DNA from: Kudoa neothunni
Lineage: Eukaryota; Animalia; Cnidaria
Assembly: GCA_964304625.1 (NCBI GenBank)
Contig: OZ199838.1
Span: forward strand, 3,498,440-3,562,439
Length of the DNA: 64,000 nt
Direction of reading: 5' to 3'
Positions 38,838 through 53,600 of the stretch are shown piece by piece. A model generated the notes under the pieces. The model was not told where the DNA came from. It did no database searches and saw only the letters and a program-made list of their open reading frames with translations. Position 1 is the stretch's first letter. Every line of letters begins with the position of its first letter. The translations under genes and the position numbers were made by a program.

Positions 38838-41800
38838 TCATAGATTAGGAGCGACGTAACGGTCTAAACACATTTTAAATTTCTGAATATCTGAGTAATT
38901 TTACTTTTCAGTCGTTCTCTAGACGAGGAAGTTGTAGAGGGAACAGGAACCTTATCAACAGGACCATTTGGTTCAATCATATTTACTCGGTTCATAGGTA
39001 TCATTGGTGGCGCTTCGCTATAATCTTTATCATTATCGTTTGGGTCCTATCGAAACAATTATTCAGAACGACCATTGTCGAAAATCACTTTTTTAATATC
39101 AATCCATTTTTGTGTTGCTTCATCAAATACGTGCTAGAAAAATGGGGTAAAATTAATTATCTCACTGAAAACATACCGATGGGTCATTGTCGTCGGGTAG
39201 GAAAACTTTATTTTTGTTAGGTAAAAATTTCGAAAACAGACCTCCAAACATTCCAACATTTTGAGGTGGCGGCGTGGAGGTTGGTTCTTCGGGTTTCTAA
39301 ACAAATATAAATTAAAGTTGGTGACTAATATCGATTTAGCTTTCTAATAGTTTACAATAGTAAATAATATAAAAAATCACAAAACGATTTTGTTATCTCA
39401 CGCTGTAATATTTACCTACCGGAAACCTGTTTTATCAAATTTTTATAAAGTATAAGAAAATGTCAAACTTATTTTAAAAAATTTCAGAATGAAAAAATTA
39501 TAATGCGGGTCATTAACTCATATTCAATACAGGTTGTCGTCAATGGTGCTTAAAAATTTAATATTTAAATTGGAGGTTTCCCATTGTGATATTCACAAAC
39601 CTAAAGAATACGAAAATCTATTATTGTTCATTATACAGGAAATTTTCAAAAAATAATCAGACGCGTTTTCACTTAGTTGATTTTGGTGTAAACATTAGAT
39701 TCGATTTACTTTTCTTTATTTTTCAGTAGGATTAACAAATAATTATTACTTCAATAAAAGAGTTTAAAAATTTGGTATAAATTCGAATTTATTATAATTC
39801 AAACGAGTACACTCTAAAATAAACATGATAACATCACTTAGTAAATAAGATTAGTTTATAGAAAAAGTTCTATAAAGAAACTTTACTCAGTAATAAAAGA
39901 AATTAATTAGATCATTAACGAAATTTATAGTTCACCATGAGTGGAAATCATAAAAAATTTCCTTATTAGAATACAACACGTATGCTTAATTTCTGTTGCT
40001 TCCTTGCCAATTTATTTTTACAACAGTAAAATAAAACGTGAAATTTACTCCACCGACCGTACATGGAACATGGAGGTTATGGTAAGCGCATAGCATTTTA
40101 TGAGGTTGTAAGCCCAATTTTGGGTTTTGAATAGCTTTCTTAAATATATAATGTATTCTAACGAGAACACTGCTTTTAGTCACCACAGCTCATAATTATG
40201 GGTTATGGATCTCACTCCTATCTATAATAAACTAGTCAAGACTAGACAAAAGCGACAATTTCGTTCAAGTACATAAACATCATTTAATTTTTGAAATTTT
40301 TTAGGAAAAAAAATATTTATACATATTTATCTGTTATTTTAGAAAATTTAAATATAATTAAAATGCTTTTAATTTTCTAAAATTTATCTATAACAGTTGT
40401 GAGACAACTTCGAGTTCAAGCGGACCTCACCCTGGAACACTCGTTTTTCCTGAACATCATCAAGTAAGGATTAAATGGGAAAATTCAAATACTCCAAAAT
40501 AACCATTTTCGTAATTTTCGTAATTTTTGGCGGATTTTGTTTCTTCGAACCTCAGATTATTATATTGTTTTTCTCATCTCATCATAATACATCAAAACTT
40601 TAGATTTAGACTTCATTTCTTAAATGGCGTATTCTACACTTGTTGACTCATGACATTATTTCAAAATAAAAAACCTATATTTCCTATTTTCGCTCAACAT
40701 ATTTTTACTTATAAATTCGGCTAAAAACTAGACTGCCTGTAATATAGGTAGAATTTCAATCGGATAAAACTGATTATATAGTCGCATAAGTCAATCCAAA
40801 AACATACCAATCAAAACATCATATTTGTCCTCGGCTGATTAGTTGAAAAGCGTTTATTGAGTTTATTTAATGTTAGTAACGTTTTGTATATTAGTTTCAA
40901 ATATAGAACATAATTCACAGTGATACAAATTTCAAAAAGACCTTTTAAAAGCCGGTTAGATGTTACAGATCATTATTATCTATGTATGACTACAGATTTA
41001 AGCACTTATATACAACGTTTGAACGACGAAGAAATAATTTATAAACTATACATTATTTCATTTCTCAAATTTATTATTAAAAAATATGAAAAACGCGTAC
41101 GAATAATAAAATTCACTTAACTTTTGTCATGAATATTTTTGAAGTTACCACATAAAATTAATGAAATAATTGATATTGATCAAACACAGATTATTGAACG
41201 ATCACATATTAACATAATTTCACATTATTGTCTACTCAACAATGCCGTTTTATATATTAGAAAAACTTCAAAATATCGACGTATTTAAGTTAAATTGGCA
41301 TTTTTCGATTTACAGATAATAATCGAATATCAAGATATTGGCAAATAATGCGCTTATACACGACTTACCATTAAACTTTGGGATTTAGCAGTCGAAGGAG
41401 GAGTATTCTTCAAATCCAAGTTAGACATAGGAGGATAATCATCTTTTCTCGGCTCAGGCATCAAGCCTTGGTTAGAAAATTGCTGTGCAGATAGAGACAT
41501 ATCTGAATTGGTCACCGAAAGAGGAGGCATCGGAGGAAGAATGTTTATTGATTTTTGATCGGAAGCATTAAAGAAAACGACGGAAGGAGTATCATTTTGA
41601 ACTTCAGGATATTCAGCGTGGGGTTCACTAGCTGGTTCTCTCGGTAGGCTATTACACCATTAAGTATAGTCAAAAAAATAATGTTTAATACTTTGTAGTA
41701 TTGTGTGCATTTAAAGAAAGAAAGTTCTCTATAAATGGATACAAAGATCAGAATTAATTAATTGATTAATCAAAACAAAACAAAACCAAATTACGGTTAT

Positions 41801-44800
41801 TTGGCGCGACAGGTTTGTCGGAAGCATGTGAGTTACGAGTAGAAGAGGGAGCAGTAGATTTTGTGTTGGGGATTTGAATATGATCGTTTATTAGCGCGGA
41901 ATTGCATATCAACGTCAGATCGTTTATTCAATAACTCGCTATCTGCAACCGACACTTTGGCAGAGTTTTGTCCAGTGGTTACTGTACTGTTCATGGTGTT
42001 ATAAGATGAGACATTTGTGGTCTAACAAAGAATTTGAAAGTAAACTCGCCAATCAATTAACTTAATTGAGAATTACAACTATTGGTGGGGTTGTCTTAAG
42101 AGTGATAGACTGTACCACTTGTGAAAGGATATCTAACCAGTCGGACCGTTGTTCAGATATAACCAAATTGGCAGAGAGATACAGATGGAGATTTTGAGAA
42201 AACTGGAAAATATTAATAAAAAATTGGTCTAACCCGAAAAACCTTGGAGACATCATATAAAAATTTTTTCGAGAAAAGTGTAGGATGGTGAATTAAAAAC
42301 TTGGCGATAACCTCACAGTAATAGTAAGCCTAATTAATCAATTAATGATCTCATAATATGTTTTAAATGAAGTAACTCACATTTTCAATAAGACCTCTCT
42401 CAAAGAGAATATTGGCGAGAGTGAATTTCAGAGGCTATTACATAATCAGATTACAGAAATTACACAGTGGCAAGTATATCTTACTATAAGAGATACAAGT
42501 ACAAAATGGTCATCTACCAACTGCCTAGTGTATTCATAGATCTATGTGAGATAAATATCAAAATAAATAGTTCAGCAGACAACACGATATTTACCTCTGT
42601 TAAAATAACGGAATCTTCATAAATATGATCATCGAATTGTTCTGTGGCCAACCTGAAATGACAAATTAAAATATTTGAAGAAAGCAGATATTGTTATACG
42701 ACGAAGGTTCAAGTCCAATCAGCGAAAACTTATCGATATCATCAGAAACATTCGGTACAACATCAGCAATCAAGAAGCAAAAGTGTGTCAACAAAAACCA
42801 TTCCAAGTGAATAGAATCGCTCAGCAAAAGATTCAAATATAAGCTTGGCAAATTGAGTGTTGCTATGAGCATTGATCAAGACAGCCACCAGATGGTACGC
42901 ATAGTTTGCTTTAAAATCGTCAGCTTCCGCCTAAACGCAGCAGCAATAAACACATTACTAATCCACACCTGTTATCGCATATTAAGTTATACCGATAAAA
43001 TTGGGATTTTGATACCATTAAGAAAGCAAACTACTGTGGTGATAGGATTGAGAATTCCAAGATTGTTCACAAATCTAACCATCCCATCCAAATAGAATAC
43101 TATCTACACTGCACTGCTAATGACACATACCTTGTGAGCACAAATTGGTGCAAATTGTCATTGTTAGAAGTAACACTAAAGGCCAATGACCACAATTTTT
43201 GATGCATAAAAACTTCAGCCAAATTCTTTAAAACCATTGATCGCTCAATATTAAAAAAATAAATGAAAAACTACTTTAAGATGATCTTGATTTGGACTGG
43301 TTGAATAAAAAAAGTCGTTGGACAATGTGAAATTTTTGTTCGTATTATCCGGGGAAAATGTGTGATTGAATTTAGAAACATGTTTATCGAAGTCTTCTTT
43401 TGACATAAAAAGTTCTGTTAATTCCATATAATCGATTACCTACAATGAAATTTAAGCTCTAATATTATATACATTATTTGCGTATGTACGCCAAAAATTT
43501 TGTCTCAACATGTTTTTGATAAATACACAACTCGCATATTATAATCCTCTACAAGAGTTAATTTTAACACTTGAATACCTGGGGTTGCCAATAATCTTTT
43601 ATTATATCAATAACTTTTACAAAATTTATTGATTTCCCTACGTGTATCTTAAAGTATAATGATGCTCTTAAAAATATTTAAATAGTGGGGTTTTCGTTTG
43701 ATTTTTGCGCCAAAATCAAACAAATAAAAAAAGTTACACACGTACCTAAACATATCCACTTCCTAAATAATAACGTTTAGATAGTTAAAATATACAAAAA
43801 AGTTTTTCTACAGTAAAATAAACATTATAAATGTACTTTAATGCAATTTTTTAAAATTCATTTTTTTGTTTCCACAACAACTTGATTTTGTTAACTAATT
43901 TAATCTGTAATGGGAATTGCGCATATTAGAATAATTTCGTTAAATTGCATATAAACAAAAAGTAGTAACTTAATACAGTAGTTCAAAGTTTATTTTAGAC
44001 CATCTTATCATAACTTCAAAACTCAAATCTAAAAATCCTTAAACTACATACATTTAACATATTTCTGTCAAACGGAGGAAGAGATTTCAAAATTAAAATC
44101 TTAGCTGTTAAAATTATAACAAGAAGAGGTAATCTGGGTGTATCCATCTCCAAAATTTCGGCATGTTTTCGCATTCGCAAAGTGCTACTCCTTATATCCC
44201 ATGATTTAACTTATTTTAAAAATATTTAATGACCACAAAAAAGTTCAAAAATCCAATTCAAGAATGTAACCAAAAATAACTTTACGTCATCAATCGACCA
44301 TCGCGCTCATATTTTTGCTCTTATTTTAGACATAATTAACCTTCAGAATCGTACAATTTTCATAATTTTTAAATCTATATTACTTTTATGTTTATTGAAA
44401 AACGCCTGGTCGACATTATTTATTGGAATAAAGGTTCAGATTTTATTCAGTTAAATTATTGCACTTTTTAAACGTCAATTTTGCAATTGACTTGAATAAT
44501 ACTTCAGAATTATATAATATAGTTTATATATTATTTTGATACGCATTAGTCCAAAATTAAGCCAGTAAATTGAAAGAATATATCAAAGTATTCAGGTGTA
44601 TGATGGAATCAAGAAATATATGAATGAAAATATGTTACAGGTGAATAATATAAAATTATATCATGTGATTGAAATATTTTATCATGTCTCGCACTATTTT
44701 TGGGTATCGTTTATGAAGGCGTTAATTGACTAAGATTCGTTTACGTATCAATTATCAATTTGCTATTTTATACAATTTTTCCATTTATTTTATTTTCTCA

Positions 44801-47800
44801 GTTGTTCTTACCACGCCACCTTAGTAGATATAGAAATTCGTCAACTTCAACTAATTTATTAGCTCCACCCAATTTCTCTCTTCACTGAAACATTCCACAG
44901 CCAATATTTTTCGATAATGAGGATTAAAAGGTCAATACTTTTTCTGAAGTTTATGCCAAATGCTCTCAATCTTCATCTGTGTTCTTCAATACACCAATGA
45001 TAGATTAATTAAAGAAGTGAGATACTGCCAATTTCGGGTTGTTTTCTCTTCACTTGTATCGTCACCAAAGAATGTGAACGTCCTAGGGGAAATGAGTGCT
45101 ATAATCTCGTCTGGACATGAATATTTATTAAAAATAAAATTAATTTGTATATGTATATTTTCCACTTCATTATTAAATAAATTAGACTAAGTTTTATTTT
45201 TTGTCACCCGCAGACGTAAAGTATGATATCTGAGATAATTTTCCCCATCCTTTACCAGATAGGAAGGAAAATAATGCATTCAATTCATGAGGAATAAAAT
45301 GTGGTAAAATTGAAGCTGGGTTATAAATAAAGTCTGCCATGATAATAGAGTTATATTGAAACAGATAAAAGTAACGATATATAAATTTATCACTATAAAT
45401 ATTTTAAGAAATATGATCAACTGCTTTCGATGTTAATATTTATCCGAAATTAAACTAAAAATATAAAGTATCATTCCTCTTTGTGTACAACAATTTATAT
45501 AGAATAGAATTTTTTCAATAAACGCAAAAACGATACAAATTTAAAAATTCTAAAAATTTTACGATTTTGAAGGTTAATTACGTCAAAAACAAGAGCGAAA
45601 ATTTGGGTGCAATGGTCGATTAATGTTGAACCGTTATTTTTGGTAACATTCTAGAATTGGATTTGTGGAATTTTTTGTGGTCACTCAATATTTTAACAGT
45701 GAGTTAAATCACAGAATAATATAGGAATTGGCATATTTGCGCATTCACAAACGTGCCTAAATTTTGAAGTTGGATATTCCCCCATTACCCTATCCAAGAG
45801 GAAAATGCGAAAATGTGACAAATGCAAAAAAAATTAAACAGTTTATTTCTGATTTTTCACGCTATTCAATGTATACACAGGCATAATTATTCCTGTTCTT
45901 CGCACAAGAGCAAAACGTCACAGAAATGCACAATTTCTTTTTTCTATCACATTGATTATATTTTAAAACGTGAATAATTACGTTCTTAACCTTGAGTGCA
46001 ATAATTTTTATGATTTTAATACATTTTTACACGCGGCCACGCCCAGGTATTCGAGAGTTAAACAGTGAGCAAAATAGTAATGGGCTAGTTTAACTATTGA
46101 TATTCAAACAAAGCAACAGATTAAATTTATAAGGACAAACAGTCAAACCCTTATAAATGTTAGTGTTAGTGATTTTAATTTAATATTCCCATAAATATCT
46201 ATAAAAAGAATTACCCCTTTGTTATTTACTAGATTATACATTAATTTCCATATCAACATCTTTCCAAAGACAGCTTCACTGGACTCACCACTTTTTTGAA
46301 TTAAATCAACTTTTTGGGATATAAATTTAAGGAGAGGTTTGTTATTGCCGCCAATAAATCTTTAAACAAAGTGTAATGAACTATTGCGACAGAAAACAAA
46401 TACTTTGAAAGTGGTCCAGGATAGGGAATTGTGGCGTTGAGATGAGAACAACCAACACCTGTTTGATTCAATATCTAAAATAATATTTCCAACATAGAAA
46501 AGTACAAATAACCAAACGTTACATTATAATATGTGTAAACATAATGTTTTAGATATTCGTTGTAAAAATATTGATTACAAACAACTACAAATGAACCATC
46601 AATGTTGTTGATGGTACCTACACATCGCTGATATTCAAAATAAGGATGTTCTCGTCGCTCTGAGACAATAGTTCAATTACTCGTTCAAAACTGCTGCTAC
46701 AATGAAACATACTTTTATGATTCTTCGTTGCTTTTTTCTGTGATGATAGAGGTTCTCTCATAGACGAATTGACTTGATGACTAGTTTTTATTGATTCGTC
46801 AAAATTTTGTTGGTATTCTAAGAGTGATAACGTCAAACAAAATATTAACTCATTTGTTGATTACTGCTACTAATAGAGCCCTTAGAATGCCTTCTACGAG
46901 GTTTATTTCGATGAGATCTTTTCGAGGACATCCTCTCTTGATCACGCATTTGATTATCCATCCAAGCTTTATAACTTATCATCCATTTGTTGAAGTCATC
47001 CACCATACTATTCATAACATTCATTTGATCTAGATGGGAGAGATTTAAGTGGGAATGATTATGAGAGTGAGTATACTTGGAGCCACTAAAGGCATCATAC
47101 TATTACGATTGGAGGCTGTTGAAGTGTAGTTAGGGTAAACATTATTCGGAGGGATGTTTGAAGCTAACAACAATTTGTCTCAAATTTAAATAAAATTAAT
47201 GCTCACTATTGCCACCGGGATAGTTCATTCCAGGTGCTATCATGTGGGATGCATATTGTTGATAATAAGGACTCACGGCCGTATTCATAGAATGTGGATC
47301 AAACTGCTGGTAGCCATAAATCCCTTCTCTGTAGCCAACTTGATTGTGATGGTGATTATACTCACTCTGTACACTTCTTGTATCACTCATGTCGACAGCT
47401 GTGTTGGTTGTGGTGTTTGTATAAGTGTGTTGATTGGTGGCGCCACCATAATTCCAATAATTAAAACTATTATTTTGTCCTATATGTTAAGTGAAATTGA
47501 GAGAATTCGTACTAACTCCAAACACACCTTGATCATAATATTGTGCAGGTGTTTGAGAATGCAATTGATTAACGTAGGACATATCTGATTGAGGATTACT
47601 AGTATTACAAGTGTTGGTTTGGTCATAATAGAATTGTTGGGATTGGGTAGAAACATGAGGCATAGTTTGAGGCACAGCATAATTGTTACGATGATTTTCT
47701 ATTTTAGCAGTGGAAATCTGTCTTTCACAAACAGATGCATCCTGAGTGATAGATCTTGCATCCCAGGTAGGATCGTTCGACTCAAAAGAAGATGTGTGAT

Positions 47801-47918
47801 GTCTGGTTAGGACAGGTTTTTGGTATTGATTATTCGATTGTATATTAAAATCATCCAGCTCCGTATTTCTGATATTATTTTCGCCAAACTCCAACAGTTT
47901 GTCCTCATTTGTATCCAT
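38838..47918 (-). CDS. SEC16: COPII scaffold Sec16, multi-exon, with TE-filled large introns
   Basis: Low-complexity Q/Y/N N-terminus from ATG 47918; YPGPL (about 46410); central conserved domain motifs HFCFLIA, FSLIG, ILTE|IYEYTRQL; C-terminal GLFSKFLPNKNKVFLPDDNDPS|HVFDEATQKWID and RYVAPNL*. Confidence 0.85.
43568..46057. mobile_element. piggyBac-type element in a SEC16 intron
   Basis: TTAA|CACTTGAATACCTGGG ... CCCAGGTATTCGAGAG|TTAA. Confidence 0.75.
44128..45789 (-). mobile_element. Decayed Merlin (ISXO2/IS1016-like) transposon with long TIRs, nested in the piggyBac element
   Basis: About 250-bp imperfect inverted repeats (GGTAAT... / ...ATTACC). The minus strand encodes KLGGANKLVEVDEF (about 44875-44834), matching the Merlin GG..VEIDE motif. 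Confidence 0.75.
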
Positions 47919-49679
47919 ATTTAGAACTTTAAACAGCTTAAACCTGCACACACAAAATAATAACCCACTGTAACGATTACTACCGACTACTCAAATAACA
48001 GCTCATTTATCCAAACATTATCTCTCTGTTCATTCTAACTTTATTTAATTTCTTTTATTTTATATTTGAAAAATCCAATTAAAATTGGGTGTATTAATTA
48101 GACTATTTGTTGTTATTTAGTTAAATTTTTGTGGAGTTGTTTCGTCCTCCATATTATTTAGTTAAATGTAGTTTAATTCAATATGAATATTTCAATTAGG
48201 AAAATATTTGAAAATAATAATTTTTCCTGATTAAAAATGTTACTTTTTATTATAAACGGTCGTAGAATTATCTAACTGCACATGTCTCAATATATACATG
48301 AGCTTCGTTGTTGAAAATTTGGTCTAAATTTATTTGAATATCACTTGATACCTTATTTTGAAGAAATTTCCTAATTAATTCATCACACGAGGTTATTTTT
48401 GTCACATATAACGTTCAGGTGTAATTAGTTATGGCTATCTTTAATTAATTCTGAAACACCGCTTGTTTATTAGAGAAAAGGAATAATTATGTGAAATATG
48501 TTCCAAAAAACTATATCTACATACAGCTTGTGAGTAAGAATTGTCGTAAGTAATAAAAATGATATCGCGCGTGCGTATATAACATTTGAGATTAAAATTG
48601 GCCGTGCGAATAGACTTAGCCCAACCAATATAAAACCCCAATGCAGATGTAAATATGGCTTTGAAATTTATAAAGAAGGTAGATTTTGGTCTTTCACCAT
48701 TCCCCAGATGGTAAATTTAATAACAATTAAAAAATCCCTATCTATTGAATTCAATCAAGCATAATATTGTTTCATTGGATCGACACAGTTATGACCGGAG
48801 TTGATTGATGATAGATGGTAGGGGAAAAAAAATGTTTTTTACCTAACAACCTAATGAAATACTTATAAAGAGGGAGCATCTCTTAATGTACAAAATTTTT
48901 TGGGTTTTTTAATCAAAACGGTTACGTTGTAAAGGAAATAACTTTTCATGGCGAGTCTAGTAAATAAATCATTGTAATCGACCTATACACGGTAACTTAT
49001 AGTTTCGAAAACTGTAAGGTCATGTTTCTCTTGCTACATCAAAAATATTTAAAATACTAAATATTGACAGTTAACTTTATTTGATCCACTTACCACTTCC
49101 AATTGAAGGTCTCAAATAATTGTTTCCAGACCTTGTTTCTGCCATGGTCCACTTTTCTTGATAAAAAGTTCCGCCCCTTACAACTTTCAATAGTAGTGAT
49201 TTATTAATTTAAACCGCTTATAATTTTGATTCAAGCTTCATATCGTAATTTAATTTAAAAGTGATTAATATATACTTCTCTTCTCATTAAAATTAAGATG
49301 TATTATATCAGATCTAATTAAATTTATCGATTGACCTTAAAATTTGCATCTTTAGATCTTCAGTCAGCCAAAAACAGCGTTGAATGAAAATGATTCTTAT
49401 CTAGCTCACATTAAACAGACTTCCATGTATACAAGTATTATAAACCCAATAGAAATCATCTAGATTGAAAATTAATCAATATTATACCAGGTTAGATCAA
49501 TAACGGAAGAGGTGAGTATAAACGAAACAAGATTTGGATCAAAACCGTTCCGCTTCCATTGTAGGTAAAGACCAAATTAAATGTTTTTGTATATTTGTAT
49601 ATAATTAATCACATCTTTTGGTATTTCCTTATAATATTAATGTTTATGGTCAATTAAATATAAACGAGATCAAAAATCG

Positions 49680-50224
49680 AGGTATTGACTTCAAAGTGCC
49701 CTGCATTGCCCGTTTGTCTCACCAGTATCGATACCACTTAAATACTAAGGATTTTCCACGTCTCAACAGAGGAGTTCATTATGCATTCAAAATTGTTGGG
49801 TCTCGAGCCTTCCTCGAATTGGTGCCAAAGTGGAATCCCCGTTGCGGCCTTTGAGGTAAGAATTGGAAACCATGTCCTTCTTTATTCAAAGGGTATTTGG
49901 TCCCCGTTTATCCATGAATTACACCACTTGCACTGTTCCTTCGATTTGGCGAAGAAACGTGGAACCAATACAACCCTCAACATTGACCGCATTATGAAAC
50001 CATCTTACCATCGAAAGCGGCGGTACAAATTGTCAGAAATGAAGGCCGGACAACATCGGGATTTAGAGCCCCTCACCCTATCTAAACTAATGCTATATTT
50101 TGCTAGGGCACACCCTCTCGTGCTTTTTCAATTAACTTTGTGTTTTCTTTTAGCGTTTGCCGAGTATACAACAAAAATTTTCCACGCCCCACGTTGGGGA
50201 TGGTCCCCATGTTGGGAAACACTG
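49680..50224. mobile_element. GC-richer transposon debris: hAT-like terminus plus possible pogo-like transposase remnant
   Basis: The end GGTCCCCATGTTGGGAAACACTG resembles a Charlie TIR. Minus-strand fragments (KRGPNTL, KWYRY) are frameshifted. Confidence 0.4.
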
Positions 50225-50629
50225 GTTTAGCGGATATTCTACCAATTATATTCATCAATTTAATGATTTTGATTTTGTTATAATAAACAAACAACAATGC
50301 TATAAAATTAAAATTGTCGTCGTCTCGTATAATAGTGGAAAAAGCTATGTTGGAATAGATGAAAACAATATTAACATACATGTATCTAAACAGGAGAGTT
50401 ACAATATTTTATAGTAACAGAAATATATTTTTTTATAAAACTTTTTATTTTAGGTAAGTTTTTATACAAAGAGTGATGATAAATAAATTCATTAGTGCAT
50501 GCATAAATGAAGCGTAAGTGTTGATTTACATTAGTTTTATTATTTTAAATACCTCTATGTAATTATCGCTATTTGTAAAGAAAAGGAGATATTATTAAAA
50601 CATATTAGGATTAGGATGAATATAGCTGT

Positions 50630-53600
50630 CTAAAACATAACACTATCAAGTATGTTGTTCCATACAACAGAACATAACGTAGAACAAAACTTATTCATTA
50701 AAGCTGAAGCGAGAATTTTATTCACCTTGCTTCCCATCTCGATATCCTCATACTTGTTTGTTTCAAAAATATACTCATCATCGTATAAGCAGTAATATCT
50801 GATAGCCTACATCAACAGTGAACAAGACAAATCCAACAATAAACAGATATTACGTTAAGCGTGATATATTTCGATTCGTTTGTTGTGTATGAGGTGATAA
50901 TCAAGAAATTTTTACAACAAAGCTCTTCGTAGACGACAATCATAGGATTGACAGGAGGTTCAAGAGTTCGTAAAATTTTCAATGTGTGTATGTTGTTTTG
51001 AGAAAGAAGCTTGTACAGATTTGAAAAATCAAACCTCTTGCATACATTCCACCAAAGCTTCTTAAAGTGTCTGCTTCGATCACACAGCGAATATCCATTA
51101 CAATAATGTTCCAAATGACGGAAGATCGTAGGACCCCAGTTTGGATTTGGTAATCGTTTCACGTAGGTCAAAACAAACTGACCATCAATACCAATATCAC
51201 CACAAAGTGAACGAATACCGTGCGTCGTAGGAGTAACTGTAGATTCACTGTTTTGATTAATTCTGAAAACAAACAAAATATAATGGAATAGATTCAGAAA
51301 ATTTCTCCATACAGCTATAATATCGGCTTCTGATAGTGCTTCAATTTGATTTGCTACATCAATATCTTGATTAGTGTCAAATTTGGAAGTTGAATTTAGT
51401 CTTATTATTAGCTCTTCGGAAGACATGTTGCTTACGTTAAATAGGTGTTCACCTGGAGTTATGTTCTGAACACAAGCTGAGCCTACGTTTGGGTAACTGA
51501 CACAACGGCTAATGGACGATTTCTTACAGCAATTAACCAACTTAAAACTTAGGTCGAAATCATTTTCAAGAATAAGGTAATTAAAAATGGTTTCATTATC
51601 CATCAAAAATTTCGCGCTAAGTAACGGCAAAGTGTTTTCAGATGGTTCAGTTGTCATGACGGAAGCACATTGAAAATTGGTACGTGGATCATTGTTTTTT
51701 GACGGCGTTTGCCATGTAACCATATCAAATAAACCAACTAACTTCACATTATCGCACAATTTTTGGATTTTTGTGCAAAGATATATGAGAAACGGCTTCC
51801 ATAACAATTCGGCGCAAACATTGGGATAAACATGAGAATCAATACATCTCATTAAAATAACACTGATACAAGAAACACAACAGTTTGGCTGTTGAAGAAT
51901 TTGATTTGAAAAGGGTAAAAAATCTTTATCGTCGCCGTTGTTGAGTTGATCCGCGGCATATGGCAGTTTTTTCAACAAACCTACTATGTATAACACATCA
52001 ATAGGTAGACAAATAGCTTCGCCAACATCCTCTCCTAAACTTTTAGAATAGGCTCTCGTGGTTTCTTCGATAACCAACTTGCAAAGTATATCAACTATAT
52101 GGCTAGGTGAAAAAACCACATCCAGGATAACATCTGAAATTGGACAATTTTTCTTATACAGCTCAACAAATGGCTCATCATCCATAATATCAACAGTGGA
52201 ATAGTAGTTGACCTCACTACAAACAGCACCATCACCAAGAGTCACTTTTAGAATGAACAACTGGTCGAAGTTATAAATATTAAGATAAGTAGTTTGGGTT
52301 TCCGAGCCGATAATTTTTCTACTGCCTTCAGAGTCAGCTGTTCCCGAGGATGGCTGTAGAATAATAGTTGAAAATCCCATTTTCAACAGACTGTCCACGT
52401 AGAAACGATAAAAGTAATTTGCCAGCCCATTAGCATGATCTGATGCAAACCTATTTGGGTGTTCTAGACGGTTATCAAATTTGTTATAAAATGAGATTGT
52501 TTGGTCAATACTTCCGACTATCTGGCTCATTCTTTGTAAACCCATACTTCTTGTACTTTTTATATTTGTTGTGCTTGATTGATTCGACTGGTAGAAAAAA
52601 AAATTATTGGTTCGCTTGATTAATTGATTATATTTGAAAAATCTGTTAAAAATATCCAAACTAATGAATGCTTTATTTCGGGAACTGTTGGTCAGCAACT
52701 TCCGAATCAATTCATAATCATGTCGAAGCAGCATTTTTTCATACTTTGCAACGATCACTTCGACGAGCGAATATAAATGATAGAAACGATAATGTAAAGG
52801 GTAGTCTTCAGCAACACATTGATTTTCAAGATTAACTCGATGTATGATTTTGACATTTTTCAATATCGAATAAAAATCCATGGACCATGTTTTATCCTTG
52901 GTGAAGAATTTAATATCTTTTAACTGCATCAACTTATCATAGTTGAGGAATTGATATTGGCGCAATACTGTTTCCCCATTCGAATTGTTAATTGTTTTAA
53001 CGGTAGTCTCCAAGCAAAGAAGTCGCTCTATTAGATTAAAGTAGGTTCTAATCTGACGTAAGTATTTGCACTTTTGGTGCATTTTACTGGTTCGCCTTGA
53101 CTCGCTCATAAACCTGGATTCTCCTACATGAAACAATCCCAACCGTTGTAAAGTCACATACGAGACCAATTTATGTTGGATACTATCCTGATGAAAAATC
53201 TTATTTATTTTGTGTCTGAAATTAGAAACAAATTGATCCCCAAAATCAAGATTGTATGTGTACATAACAACCTCTGTGGCACTAAGCGTTACACAAATTT
53301 GGTATTTTCTCAATTTTGAAATTAGGTTGGATGACCAATGGAAGTCCATCACGGGGAATATCGTATAATTGGTAATATCAGGATTGTAAAATAGATGTGT
53401 GCATTCGCATGAAGCGTTACTCAACCAAAAACAATCACAACACGATCCCAAATTCACTTGGTTCTTGTAAAACGATGATTGTTTCTTAGACGTAAAAATA
53501 TCAATATTATTCGATCTATAAAAAGTTTCGTCAGTATCCAATAAATAAATTTGTTGTTTCAAAAATTTTTTGACTTGAAATAAAACATTTTCTGGATTGT

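Noticed and set aside
49618-50414. Cluster of overlapping ORFs up to 149 aa
   Set aside because: No recognisable domain; coincides with GC-richer transposon debris.
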